64,000 nt of DNA, taken from NCBI GenBank assembly GCA_001662655.1, contig KV460210.1; one strand, written 5' to 3'. Made by a program: the position numbers and the translations under genes. This document shows, piece by piece, positions 12,333 through 23,715 of this stretch. The notes under the pieces were generated by a model. The model saw only the letters and a list, made by a program, of their open reading frames with translations, did not search any database and had not been told where the DNA came from. Position 1 is the stretch's first letter; every line of letters starts with the position of its first letter. Source of the DNA: Pseudogymnoascus verrucosus. Its lineage: Eukaryota.

Positions 12333-15161
12333 TCAAAGATTATCATAAGCCGCCGCCACTCCCGGCGCCGGGCCCTCGAGATCAACAGCCTCGACGCTGC
12401 TGCGCAACTTGGAGCTCTGGTTAACGAGATTCCCAAAGTACTTCCTTGCGACCTCGCTCTCGCCGCGCGTCTTCAGCGTCTCCTCCCTCTTGATGCCGAG
12501 GTGCTCGACGCTGCGCTGTAGGCCGACGCGTAGGTTGTCAGCGGGGAAGCGGAGGACTTTGCGCACGGAGGAGGTGATGCGTGTGGAGTTGGCGTGGACG
12601 TAGTCGATTTCTTCGAGTTGGGCGGAGATCTTGGTTGCGAGACGGCGGGGGAGGGAGTGTGGGATTTGACTGACGACGTAGGCGGCTGCGGCGATGGCTG
12701 GAGGGAGGGAGTTAGTATATTTTGTGTTAAAGGGGGAGGGGGTGAAGAAGTGCTTACCTGCGGCGAGAACGCCAGGCACGATCAGCTTGCGGAGATTGTT
12801 ATTTCCAACAAGCTTAGCCGCGCCGAGGGCCCCATCGACCCATCCAAAGCCTCCTACCATGCGTGTACCGACCACTGTTACGACAGTCATGGCCATGCCT
12901 GTGCCCGCAACCTTTTCTTGGCGGTGAAGGATGGTGGACCAGTCGAAGAAATCCCACACCTCGGTTTCGACGTGGACTTCCCTGGCAAGCATGTCGCGTT
13001 TGCGTCGGAACATGACGTCGCTGCGGAAGCTGAGATCTGTGTACTCATCACCAAGGTGGAGAAGACCCAATTGCTTGATCGTGTTCACTCCTTGTACCGT
13101 TTGCTGGCGCGCATGCTCCTCGCATTGAGTAACGGAAGTCGAGATCTGGGATAGTATGGCCTCCTTGATTTCCTCCGCAAAGTCAAACGCGCCAAATACC
13201 CCCTTGTATTGAATGCCCAAATCTGCCTCGGCTGCGTGGCTGATGGTTGATACGAGCGTCGAGCGGGTGTGGTCGTAGATTTCCTTGCACGTCTTTTCGA
13301 TCGTCTGGTCAATGTCATCGCTGACCTCGGACTTCGCTTTTTGCGATGCCTCAAGGATAGGTTCCAGTTCTTCAAGCTCCTTTGTGACGCGGTCCAACTC
13401 CGCTTGTGCGACATCGACGTTGACGCTGGCGAGGGCATGGACGTCTCCGAGCATATTAAGGAGGTATGTCTTTGCGGGCGCGAGTTTAGACCGAGCTCGT
13501 TTTTCCAATACAAATCTGCGAAGTGATTGCTCGAGTGCTTCGAAATCCTGAATCTTTTCCTTTTCCTTGCCTTTATCCTTCTTTGAATTGTCATCGTCGT
13601 CATCGTCCCCTCCACCGCCGCCGCCGCCAGGTCCTCCTAGAGGAGCAGTTGGGACGGCATTGCTGGACACAAAGTGTACCAGCTCTGAGGACTCTTTGTG
13701 AGTTCGAGGACTAAGGCCCGCGACTTGGTCCAAAATCAGCTTCTGGCACCTTTGCTTGTCCTTAATATTATCATAGCCGTTAACGACGATAAAAATATAA
13801 GCCTTCTCTGCTGCTGCTGCCCCGATAAACTCTCTAGCCGTTAAAGTGAAGTGGTTGGCGGCATTTACGACAAAGACAACAACGTCGATCTCCTCTTGTC
13901 GAGCAAATACGGCAGTGGTCTTGGTGGTATCGAAGTTGAGGCCAGGCGCATCAATGAGTGAGATATCAACGACGCCATTGTTGAGCAATGACTCGTCAAT
14001 TGTTCTCACGTCCTTGACGTAGACCTTGCATTGCGTGTATGTTTCATTGTCGAGGACTATCCGCTCAAGTTCGGCCAACGAGAAAACATCGAAGGTGCTC
14101 TCATCGTGACGATTGTATTCGCTATCCTTGTGTATGGCGTGGACCTCCTCGATCCCTCCGTTTTCGCGAGCGTCCAGAACTTCGCAGAACAGACTCGTGC
14201 ATGGTTGCTGATCTTCCGGTAGGATCTTCCTTCTCAAAAGGGCATTGCAGAATGTTGATTTGCCAGCATTCAAGTCTCCAGTAACAAGGACTTTGCTTGA
14301 CGTATCCTCAATCCGTTCCCGGAGAGACAGAAGATGCTTGATGCTGGAGCTAATCTTTCCATCCAGCAGCGCTGCGATAGATCCCTTTTCGAGAGAGTGT
14401 ACCAGTTCCACTTGGTGGAGAGCCCCAAGCTTAAGGTCAAGCTTCAATATCGAGAAATCCTGTGCTATTTGTGGCGTAATCAGTCGTGGTTCCGGTACCG
14501 TTCGTTGTTCGGCCGCTGAGCTTGATTCCGCTTCCGAGGGCTCCCCCAAGGACGTCGCCGCTCGTTTCATAAGTCCAGGTCTTGGTGACCCACTGCGATT
14601 CGGGGGATTCGAGAACGTCGATTGTGAGCGGGTTAGGCCGGGCTGTGGCGTCTGGTTCGCCCTGGTCAAAGTTTCCGCCCCCTGGACAGAGGGGTAATGC
14701 GCCGGCCATTTGGTGTTGAACTGTTGAAGTTCCTTCAGTGTTTCGACCACATTGTTGATATATCTCGCAAGCGCTCCGCGGTGTGAGTTATACCAGAGCT
14801 GATGAATCGCAGCAGCCTGTACCCTCCGTTCGTTCTCAGATGCGGCACTGGACTGGCCGTGATATGTTGGGGTGTGTGAAGGCGTTGGTCGGTCTTCGGT
14901 CAGAATCGGACTCCATGGAGCTGGTCCAGTCGCACTCTCGCCCATTATGCTACCCCCATATCCCGAGTCGTGATCTTGTCGGTCAAGCAGAGCTTTCAGG
15001 CGAGCCGCATTTTCAGATGTTGAACCATTGCCTACAGTGACATATTTCGGCGGGCCGGAAGCGGTCGGTGGTTGCTGGTCGCGCTGGTCCTCCTGCTCTT
15101 TCTCACGGCTTTCGCCGCTGTCAGAAGCCTTTCCCTTTCCTTTATAGTAGTCCTGGCTCAT
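12333..15161 (-). CDS. FZO1: Mitofusin, mitochondrial fusion GTPase. Exons 15161-12758, 12697-12333
   Basis: Dynamin-like G motifs (VLVTGDLNAGKSTFCNALLRR, LPEDQQPCT, LIDAPGLN, FIVVNGYD), EKRARSKLAPAKTYL, C-terminal TM and heptad regions. A 60-nt intron (12698-12757, gtaagc...tactaac...cag) is read through in the ORF track. Confidence 0.95.
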   Translation of the reverse strand: MSQDYYKGKGKASDSGESREKEQEDQRDQQPPTASGPPKYVTVGNGSTSENAARLKALLDRQDHDSGYGGSIMGESATGPAPWSPILTEDRPTPSHTPTYHGQSSAASENERRVQAAAIHQLWYNSHRGALARYINNVVETLKELQQFNTKWPAHYPSVQGAETLTRANQTPQPGLTRSQSTFSNPPNRSGSPRPGLMKRAATSLGEPSEAESSSAAEQRTVPEPRLITPQIAQDFSILKLDLKLGALHQVELVHSLEKGSIAALLDGKISSSIKHLLSLRERIEDTSSKVLVTGDLNAGKSTFCNALLRRKILPEDQQPCTSLFCEVLDARENGGIEEVHAIHKDSEYNRHDESTFDVFSLAELERIVLDNETYTQCKVYVKDVRTIDESLLNNGVVDISLIDAPGLNFDTTKTTAVFARQEEIDVVVFVVNAANHFTLTAREFIGAAAAEKAYIFIVVNGYDNIKDKQRCQKLILDQVAGLSPRTHKESSELVHFVSSNAVPTAPLGGPGGGGGGGDDDDDDNSKKDKGKEKEKIQDFEALEQSLRRFVLEKRARSKLAPAKTYLLNMLGDVHALASVNVDVAQAELDRVTKELEELEPILEASQKAKSEVSDDIDQTIEKTCKEIYDHTRSTLVSTISHAAEADLGIQYKGVFGAFDFAEEIKEAILSQISTSVTQCEEHARQQTVQGVNTIKQLGLLHLGDEYTDLSFRSDVMFRRKRDMLAREVHVETEVWDFFDWSTILHRQEKVAGTGMAMTVVTVVGTRMVGGFGWVDGALGAAKLVGNNNLRKLIVPGVLAAGKHFFTPSPFNTKYTNSLPPAIAAAAYVVSQIPHSLPRRLATKISAQLEEIDYVHANSTRITSSVRKVLRFPADNLRVGLQRSVEHLGIKREETLKTRGESEVARKYFGNLVNQSSKLRSSVEAVDLEGPAPGVAAAYDNL

Positions 15162-15526
15162 TTTGGTAGCGGGCAATCCATCAAGGGCGGTATAGTGAGA
15201 GATGGTGAAGTGTTGTTCTGTTTGTTGTGAATATGAAGTAGTTTCGGTGCCAATTCGTTATAATCTTAAGGGTACTGGGTCCTCTAGCGTGGCGACGTTC
15301 GGTCATTGTTTTCGCCGCTCCAGCCAACCAACCGGGCCGACAAATTCCGCCACAGTGTGCTGCATATGCCTGATGATGTACCTTGTACTCTATAACCACG
15401 AGGAAACCAGGTTGCTCACCAAAGCCACCACAACCAGCCTCTAGATAAATCTCTGCCTTGCCATTAACTTTAAATTGTTCAGTTACAACCTACTCCATAC
15501 CTATTCGCTAGAGCCTTGCCGCAGAT

Positions 15527-16430
15527 ATGAATGTGAGAGCCTCAGATTCCCTCATTGACTTCCGTTTACTCATATGGCCGTGTAGATCGTCGAATGGGCA
15601 TTTGGGAAGCGTATGACGCCGGCTGAGCGTCTGCGCAAACACCAGCGCGCCCTGGAGAAAACGCAGAGGGAACTGGATCGCGAAAGGATAAAGCTAGAGA
15701 ACCAAGAGAAAAAATTGATCATCGAGATCAAGAAGAGCGCAAAGAGTGGACAAATGGGAGCCTGCAAGATCCAGGCCAAGGATCTGGTTCGAACGAGGAG
15801 GTCAGTCTATTCTATGAGGACTACCTGGGCGAGTTGATTGTTAACGTATATGGTGATAGATATATCGAGAAGTTTTACTCCATGCGAACACAATTACAAG
15901 CCATCTCGTTGCGCATCCAGGTGAGCAAATTGGGGCGGGCATATACATGGTGAGGGGCACGTACTAACTACTAGGCAGACGGTCAGGACCAACGAACAGA
16001 TGATGCAGTCAATGAAGGGAGCTACTCGAATTCTTGGGAGCATGAACCGAAGCATGAATTTACCAGCGCTCCAACGTATAGCTATGGAATTTGAACGGGA
16101 AAACGAGATGATGGACCAGAGGCAAGAGATGATGGATGACGCTGTTGATGATGCGATGGGAGTAGATGATGAAGCAGAAGGCGACGAAGTGGTTGAGCAG
16201 GTTCTGGAAGAAATAGGTGTTGATCTCCGCCAGGCAGTAAGTACCAGTCCTTCAGTTGCAGCTCTAGGAGAGTGCTAATTTTTGTACAGATGGGAGAAAC
16301 CCCGCAGGGTCTGCAAACCGAAGCTGTGCCTGAAAGCCGAGTTGCACAGGCCGTTGGCGGTGGAGGTGGTGGTAGTGGCGATCCTGGCGATGATGACCTT
16401 CAGGCTCGATTGGACAGCCTCAGGCGTTAG
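15527..16430 (+). CDS. VPS2: ESCRT-III subunit Vps2/Did4 (CHMP2). Exons 15527-15532, 15586-15800, 15860-15920, 15979-16236, 16290-16430
   Basis: Spliced product MN|IVEWAFGKRMTPAERLRKHQRALEKTQRELDRER...AKDLVRTRR|YIEKFYSMRTQLQAISLRIQ|TVRTNEQMMQSMKGA..., ending in the MIM1 motif DDDLQARLDSLRR. Confidence 0.95.
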
Positions 16431-17577
16431 ACTGTGGGCAAGCACTGGTCTTTTAATGTGAATAGAAGGAGAGTTAAGGTGATGGATGATGGGCGCTTTT
16501 GGAGGTTCAATTTTCGGCGCCGAGGGGTTTGGGAAGGCTCATGATGGCCACATAGCATGCACAGCGACTAGCAGGTATATGTTAATTTTTGAAGATCATG
16601 TTGAAATATAGACTTTGGCTATTAAAGCACAATAATGTGAATAATTAGTAGCTAGTTGATTGTAGTTTCAGGGCAGATTTTGTTTATTTTGATCCCTGAG
16701 TGATGGCTGGTGACCATGGGAATATCAGAGTGGAGAGTGGGGTAGGTAGCAACATTACCATCGAACACGCAATGCATATCTGTACGCCTTAACAGAGTTA
16801 AAACCTTCCCTCTTTCACAAATGTAGTATATGTCAAGTCAAGTTAAGTTTTGTCCTTCTTACATGAAGAATAAACATAAAATATATAATATACACTTCGT
16901 ATAGCGGCGACCAAGTGGACCACAGGGACCATAAAGGACCACTCTCTCCCCACCACAATACGTCCTTAACTTGCTTACAGTACCCCACACATCGCCAGCT
17001 TAATCGTCATTGCTGCTCATCGTAATCGTCAATCCGTCTCATCTCATCTTTTTGTATCTTTTGTCTTTTGTCTTCTGTCAAATCTACTTCTAATTGTGTC
17101 TATTTCCACCTGCTTACTTTCCTTTCTCCCTCACCGTCCCGCCTTTGTTGACTTAGACGGCGGGTTTGCTTGGTACGGGGACGTTCGTTCCCACGTAAGA
17201 CCGCCGACATCTCCACAATCACCACCACCAACACCACCAACACCAACAAAAACAACCCGCGCCGTACAACGACCACAAACTATAGCCACTGCAATTGCTG
17301 TTGGTTCTACAATATCGAACACGTTCCTGCATCTACAATTCCCATTTCGTGCCTGCAACGGGTATAATAGGGTGCTCATAGTCAGTATCGTATTTGAACA
17401 TACATACACGCAATTGTCTTGGGCCCCACGCGCAACATCTCTTCTAGACCTGCCCCCATCTCCGAAACTCGCCATATTGCGAATAATCCGTGCCTGTAGG
17501 CATTAAGTAAAGAATTCAACACGCTGGCAGGCAAACAGAGGAGGAGCTTCTCCTCCCAGGGGGGATTGCTGAACAGG

Positions 17578-19638
17578 ATGTTCGGCAGTAGCTCCAACTC
17601 ACCGTCACCTCCAAAGGATACCTTGCAGGAGGAGCCCGATAGCGGGACCACCATCCCACCAACAACCTCGACCGAGGCCAGCACATCGCCCATAGATTCG
17701 ACAACCCCGTCACCACCGGCTTCCGAGAAGATACCCATCAAAGACAGGCGTGGTGGGAGTAGCCCAGGAAACGGGAGGCCATCGCCGGATAAGGATACTG
17801 CTGCGGGGGCTACTGAGAAGAAGCGACGAAGCAGCGGCGTTGGAAACAAGGCAAGCGCGTTCCTCGCAAGCGCAAAGAACTCGCTGCACTTTAGCCCCAG
17901 CTCCAACTCTTCGAGCTTCCGGGTTCTCAGTGATCAGAACATGCAAACACCCCTTCAAAAACTGGGAAGAATGGACGCAGCGCTCAGCGTGCCGCAGGGC
18001 GCGCACAACAACTCGGCGGGCGAGTCTCTTCCTGGACCAAGGTCTACATTCAAAGTCGGGGTCTGGGAGGACAAGAACAAAAAATGTCGCAGGACTATGG
18101 AGGATACGCATGCATTTCTGTACAACTTTTTGCACACACCAGCGCCTTTCGTACATAGTAAACTGGACAACCCAAAAGTCACGGCGGACAACACAAAGAA
18201 TGACCCCTCTACGGATGCGCCCTTGACGGCGTCTGCCTCCGATCTGGAGCCGGACAGCACCACTTCAAAAACAGCTTCAGATATGATGGAAACCGACAAT
18301 GGATACTTTGCCATTTTCGATGGCCACGCTGGATCCTTTGCTGCAGATTGGTGCGGCAAGAAACTACACATCATCCTCGAGGAAATGATCCGAAAGCACC
18401 CCAATACACCGATACCAGAATTGCTCGATCAGACCTTTACAAGTGTGGATCTTCAGCTTGAAAAACTGCCTCTCAAAAACAGCGGCTGCACAGCTGTGGC
18501 GGCCGTTCTTAGATGGGAAGACAGGATACCCAACACCCTCTCGGCGACGGGATCTACAGCCATCGCGCCTGCCACTTTAGCTGCCGTCAAAGCAGCGGAA
18601 GATTCAACCACCATAATAGAGGAGAAAGCCACGGGTGTCCAGGAAAACCCGGACAGGACCAAAGAACTTGCCGCAGCAGTAGATCCAGCTGCAGATATAG
18701 CATCATCTGCTCAGTCCGGTTTGACCACCACCGAAGCCGCACACGCGAGGCTGAAGTCCCAAGCTACGCGCCAGCGAGTCTTGTATACGGCGAATGTTGG
18801 AGATGCCCGTATCGTCCTTTGCCGCAATGGAAGAGCGCTACGTCTGTCTTATGATCATAAGGGGAGCGACGAAAACGAGGGAAAGCGTATTGCTAATGCT
18901 GGAGGTATAATCCTGAATAACCGTGTCAACGGTGTCCTTGCTGTTACCCGCGCACTCGGAGACGCATATATGAAAGAACTTGTCACAGGCCACCCGTATA
19001 CGACCGAGACAGTCATCCAACCCGATCTCGACGAGTTCATCATTCTCGCCTGCGACGGTGTAAGTCCCCCCAAACCCCCCAAACCCCAAATCCATACTAA
19101 CAATGATACTCAGCTTTGGGACGTCTGCTCCGACCAAGATGCCGTCGACCTAGTCCGCAACGTGCAAGACCCCGTCATCGCCTCCAAACAACTCGTCGAC
19201 CACGCCCTCGCCCGCTTCTCCACCGACAACCTCTCCTGCATGATCGTGCGCCTCAACAAATCCGCCCTCCTCGACACAGCCAACAACCACCTCTCCTCCA
19301 TCGGCGTCGAAGGCGACCCGATCGGCGGCCCCGGCCGTCTCAGCGAGGCTGACAAGATCGTAGCGGAGGTAAAACGCAAGGCTGAGGAGGAAGGCGTGCC
19401 ATTTTTGGGCGTCTCGGGCAGTAATAGCGGGAAGGGGTATGACCAGCCCAAGTACGAGGATGGGGCTGGTGCTGCGAAGAACGCGGGTATGGAGAAGGTA
19501 GTTGAGGAGGAAGCTGCGGCGGCGGCGCCAGCGCCGGTGGTGGGTGGGAAGACCGCGTTGCCTGCTGGGGGAACGGATGTTAATGTGGGTGTGTTGGAGA
19601 CGACGTCGCCGGAGGAGTCGGCGGATATACGTAAATAG
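17578..19638 (+). CDS. PTC1: Protein phosphatase 2C, Ptc1-type. Exons 17578-19059, 19114-19638
   Basis: PP2C motifs [77 protein letters not shown] 54-nt intron at 19060-19113 splits DG|LWD. Confidence 0.93.
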   Translation: MFGSSSNSPSPPKDTLQEEPDSGTTIPPTTSTEASTSPIDSTTPSPPASEKIPIKDRRGGSSPGNGRPSPDKDTAAGATEKKRRSSGVGNKASAFLASAKNSLHFSPSSNSSSFRVLSDQNMQTPLQKLGRMDAALSVPQGAHNNSAGESLPGPRSTFKVGVWEDKNKKCRRTMEDTHAFLYNFLHTPAPFVHSKLDNPKVTADNTKNDPSTDAPLTASASDLEPDSTTSKTASDMMETDNGYFAIFDGHAGSFAADWCGKKLHIILEEMIRKHPNTPIPELLDQTFTSVDLQLEKLPLKNSGCTAVAAVLRWEDRIPNTLSATGSTAIAPATLAAVKAAEDSTTIIEEKATGVQENPDRTKELAAAVDPAADIASSAQSGLTTTEAAHARLKSQATRQRVLYTANVGDARIVLCRNGRALRLSYDHKGSDENEGKRIANAGGIILNNRVNGVLAVTRALGDAYMKELVTGHPYTTETVIQPDLDEFIILACDGVSPPKPPKPQIHTNNDTQLWDVCSDQDAVDLVRNVQDPVIASKQLVDHALARFSTDNLSCMIVRLNKSALLDTANNHLSSIGVEGDPIGGPGRLSEADKIVAEVKRKAEEEGVPFLGVSGSNSGKGYDQPKYEDGAGAAKNAGMEKVVEEEAAAAAPAPVVGGKTALPAGGTDVNVGVLETTSPEESADIRK

Positions 19639-20157
19639 ACTGGGCGAAGGTTTGGTGACTGTTTATACACTCTCGCTTTTTTCACGACATGCACGAACTT
19701 TCGATGGTGGGACTTTATGGGCAGATTATCGGAAACTTTTTTAAGGGGGGTTTCACGGCTAGGCCTAGGGTAGTGGATGTTTAGAGAGAGAACCCACCCA
19801 TCCCTCTACATTTTTCTATGCACGGCGAAAACATGGGTGCGGGGATATATTATGGGCGAAGCAGGAAGAGAGGGCTGTTGTTGTTGTTATGTGTGATACG
19901 ATTCGTGTAGGAGTTTGCGGGAGGGGGTCATCGATTGGTTTTGCTGAACGAAGAAACGAGCATGAATTCAACTCCTTTTTCCTTTTGTTTTTTACAAGAG
20001 CATGGTCTAGGTGCGTTTATGAGATAGATTATGCAAATGTCAGTTTGCTTTTTTGAAAGGCTTGAGCAACAATATTGTGATATTCTTGTTAGCTATGAGT
20101 GACCTGTTTGCATCCCCGCCGTATGAAATAGCTGTATAGCCATAACCCATCTCACCC

Positions 20158-22434
20158 TCAAGCATTCCAACGATCCTGCTTATTATTCCTCGCCGCCTCG
20201 AGATTATTCCTAAAATCCCGATACAGTCCCTTGATCTCCCCGCTCTCCACCCACTCATCCACAATCTCATTCGCCAACGCCCCCAACTTTCTCTGTCCCC
20301 ACTTAACTCTCTCCGCCAACTTCTCCGCATCAAGGAAACCCTGATCCGAAAGCGTCTGCACCACCCACTCATACAGCGCGTGTTTCCAGTGGATCAGCGA
20401 ATGCGCCCTCTCCGCGTTGGCGCGGCAGAATCGCCCGAGGTAGAAATCCGTGTCTGCGCTGAGGATTTTCTGCCCCTTGCTGTTCACGCTCGCGGCATCG
20501 GAGTCGGAGTCATCGGACTCGGCATCGCTCTCCTCCACGACCTCGAGGGTGTCCTGGTGATACGGTTTCCCGAGTAACTGAATCCTGAATTTCGCAGGAT
20601 GATTACTCCGTCCACAGGCATCGCATTTGCGCCCCTCCCCTTCGCCTCCGGCACTTATATCCTCCTCGTGGAACTGCGGGCGCGACCACAGCGCGCGGGT
20701 GAAGTTCTCTGTCCACGCTGCGGAGGAGAATTTTGATTGTGCGAGGCCGCGCGCTTCGGGCTCGAGCTTGCGGAAGGCTTGGATGTAGATGGGGTCGCGG
20801 TGGTTGAAGCCTGGGTTTATCTTCTTCTGGACCATCCACTCGATTGCGTCTTTGAAGTGCTCTTTGAGGTGTTTGTGGGCGTGGTGGGTGAATTCTAAGG
20901 GGATCTCGTGGAGGAGGTCGGAGGGCGCGCCGAGGGGTGCATCGTCATCGGAGACGATGAAGGAGTCGTCATCCATGTTGCGGTTTCCCGGGCGCAGGGA
21001 TTGCCGGACCTTCTCGATGGCACCTTCTTCTCCGGAGTCCTCGTCGTCGAAGACAGAGAGCGCGGCGTGCGAGGCGTCGCTGTCGTAGGCGCCGCGCTCT
21101 TCTTCATACTCGGAGGAGGAGGACTCGGTTAGCTCGGTGATCTTCTCGCCGGCGCGGCGGCGCTTGATGAGTTCGAGCTTCTTTTGCTTTTCGGTGCGGT
21201 GTTGTTTCTTGGGGGTGTTCATTTGGCGGGTTTGGCGGGTTGGTTCTTCTTTGCTCTTTTTGATTGAGGGGGGCTTGGTGGTGCGTTTGTGAGGTGTTGC
21301 GGCCGGGCGCTGGGCTGGAACGGTGGGCGAGGGTTCGGATTCTTCGTCGGATGTTTCGTCAAGGAGCACCTGCTTCCGCCTCTTAGTTGGGGAGGATCGG
21401 ACAGGCTCGTCATCCTCCTCGGAGCTCGTGGATCTCCTCCTTTTCCGGCTCGACAGTGCTTTCTCTTTGAGAGCGCTATCTGCCTTCTTTTTTCGTATCG
21501 AGGGCTGCTCTACAACAATTGCATCGCTGTCTGAGTCATCGTCGGAGGATATAGCCACGATCTCCTTGCCCTTCGACTTGCGCGACACGGGTTTATCCTT
21601 CTTGGCTGGATCGCGTTGGTTTTTTGCAGATCGTGGACTGTGTGCCCGATTAAGGTATCCTCCAGCGATGAAACTCTTGACTGGGGTAGTCTTTGTTTTC
21701 TTCGGGCTGGGGCTTTCCTCGCTTGGTTTCCGCGGCGTTTCCACAACTCCATTCTTCACAGTTGCCCGTTGTGGGCTCTGGAGAGGTGATTCGCTGCGAT
21801 CTTTCAGAAACTCTGGTCGCTTCTGTCTCTTGGCGGCTGGTGTTACTAAATCCTCCTCTGAAGGCTCGCTGTTGTCTCTGGACACGGCCGCCGGCTTCTT
21901 TATCTCTTCAGCCAGTGCTGTTACTTCCTCCAACTCAGACTCGCTTTCGTCTTCCAACAGGATCGGTGTCTTCTTTGTCTTCTCAGCCGGTATTATCTCC
22001 TCTTCCTCTTCAGACTCGCTATCCGTCTCATACGCAGCGCTCTTCCTAGGCCTGCCTCTTTGTTTCACCGACGACGACGCAGCGCCCATAAACGACTTTC
22101 TTCGTAGCTGTCCCGCGGCAGTCGAGCGAGAGGGCGAAGGTAAGACCACCGCAAACTTCTTGCCATCTGCAAAGATATCCTCGTCGTCGCTGTAGTAGGG
22201 TCTAGATCGGGCACTAGAGGTAGGTTCGTTATTGTTCGTACTCGAGCTAGGCTCATTTTTATTCGCTGTTGAGATAAGCTGTTGCTTCTTCTTCGGCTTC
22301 CGTGGATCTTGGTATACGATTCTCGCGGGAGAAATTCCACTCGTCCCGCGGGAGGGTGAAGTGGACTTGGGCTCGAAGGTTAGGCGTGTCTGGACTTTCC
22401 GCGGGTCGCGTCGAGAACGCCTAGGTGGGGCCAT
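20158..22434 (-). CDS. DUF4211-domain protein with a long basic/acidic disordered N-terminus (probably nuclear)
   Basis: 758-aa intronless ORF. C-terminal domain F..AIEWMVQKKINP...SSAAWTENFTRAL...CDACGRSNHPA...GKPY...YLGRFC...HSLIHWKHAL, recognised from memory as DUF4211. Confidence 0.75.
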   Translation of the reverse strand: MAPPRRSRRDPRKVQTRLTFEPKSTSPSRGTSGISPARIVYQDPRKPKKKQQLISTANKNEPSSSTNNNEPTSSARSRPYYSDDEDIFADGKKFAVVLPSPSRSTAAGQLRRKSFMGAASSSVKQRGRPRKSAAYETDSESEEEEEIIPAEKTKKTPILLEDESESELEEVTALAEEIKKPAAVSRDNSEPSEEDLVTPAAKRQKRPEFLKDRSESPLQSPQRATVKNGVVETPRKPSEESPSPKKTKTTPVKSFIAGGYLNRAHSPRSAKNQRDPAKKDKPVSRKSKGKEIVAISSDDDSDSDAIVVEQPSIRKKKADSALKEKALSSRKRRRSTSSEEDDEPVRSSPTKRRKQVLLDETSDEESEPSPTVPAQRPAATPHKRTTKPPSIKKSKEEPTRQTRQMNTPKKQHRTEKQKKLELIKRRRAGEKITELTESSSSEYEEERGAYDSDASHAALSVFDDEDSGEEGAIEKVRQSLRPGNRNMDDDSFIVSDDDAPLGAPSDLLHEIPLEFTHHAHKHLKEHFKDAIEWMVQKKINPGFNHRDPIYIQAFRKLEPEARGLAQSKFSSAAWTENFTRALWSRPQFHEEDISAGGEGEGRKCDACGRSNHPAKFRIQLLGKPYHQDTLEVVEESDAESDDSDSDAASVNSKGQKILSADTDFYLGRFCRANAERAHSLIHWKHALYEWVVQTLSDQGFLDAEKLAERVKWGQRKLGALANEIVDEWVESGEIKGLYRDFRNNLEAARNNKQDRWNA

Positions 22435-22809
22435 GGCTAGGATGGTGAAGATTTAAGTGATATTGTCTGACGGTTAACATGAGTTGAGGATGAAGCTGTG
22501 TTAAGTATGCGCAACGTCGCGTAGTCTTATAAGACGCCCGCGTGGTAATGGCACCTTGGGTGGTAACAAAAGCTTGCCACTGTAGCTATGGCACTATCGC
22601 ATCGTGAAGTTAGTATGCGACAAGGCTGCTCAGCCTGATAGTATCTGCCAAGCCAGGGTCCTCGCTTATCATCACGTTATGTTTATCGACACGTGATTGG
22701 GCTGTAACGCTTACAGTTAGCTCTTCAATCAACGACTGAACGCGGCGAGGCTGAATTGCAGCCTCACTCCGCGGGTGGTGTTTGATTCACATTCGCCTTA
22801 ACGCGGCCT

Positions 22810-23411
22810 TGACGTCATGACTAATGGTGATTTTTCCAATCTGGGACATTGGACAGCGGTCTGGGATATTTTTGGTGGGCCCTCAAGAAACAACATCAAT
22901 CACATCAAGCAGAAGTCTATGAGGTCATTGTCATTGACTTTTCTTTCAGGTCAACCCGCGATTGATCGTCAGGGAAATGGCAGGCCAGGTCCCAGATAAA
23001 ATGCCATGAAAAGCAAATTATTTTCCCTTGATTAATCGAATTGTGGAATTTCGGGAATGCTTGGTATCCGCTGCACTGTTGATCAACACTGCAGTCTCCA
23101 GCCACACCAACAAGAGTCCAACAACAACAAAGTGGTGACGTCAACGCCACAGTGATAGACCGTGATAGACCCAGAAGGTAGATCCAGACCTATGGTGGGC
23201 CCAAAAGCTACTTCTAGCAAATCTATATGCATCCATGCGCGATGGTCCATGGAAAGCTCCCAATGCAGCAATATCATGATCCACAAATGGCAACTATGGC
23301 CAACTATGGGCAAGTATCACCACCTTAATACTTGCTAGTCTTCCCAGGTCGGACATTTCTGTTTCTACCCTAATCCCCCGTTCCCTACCTTCTCGGTCTA
23401 TCATGACGTCT
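22810..23411. promoter_or_regulatory. CRE/ATF-type bZIP sites upstream of the 23716 gene
   Basis: Perfect TGACGTCA at 22810-22817 and 23136-23143; TGACGTCT at 23404-23411. Confidence 0.5.
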
Positions 23412-23715
23412 CTCACTTGTCTTACTCGCCAAGCTGAGCTGAAAGCAGTCCCCCTTCACATGCCTACCCTTGCTTTTGCCAACGGAAAACTTGTTTCCTC
23501 TTCTCCTCCACTCCTCTATCGTGATCCTTTTTATGAGGCCATTCCCGCTCTTCTCCGAGGAATTTCCTATCTCAATACATCCTCTTTGATACCCAATCCC
23601 CAGACCTCATACCTCTTATTACTGAAATAATCATAATCATTTTTTTTAAAAACGTCACCTATACAAACAAACACCTATATAGTCACACTTGGTTGAGAAC
23701 CATACCACCGTCGCG

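Noticed and set aside
21323..22195. 290-aa + strand ORF
   Set aside because: Antisense to the DUF4211 gene; its Ser/Phe/Leu composition mirrors the Glu/Lys codons of that gene.
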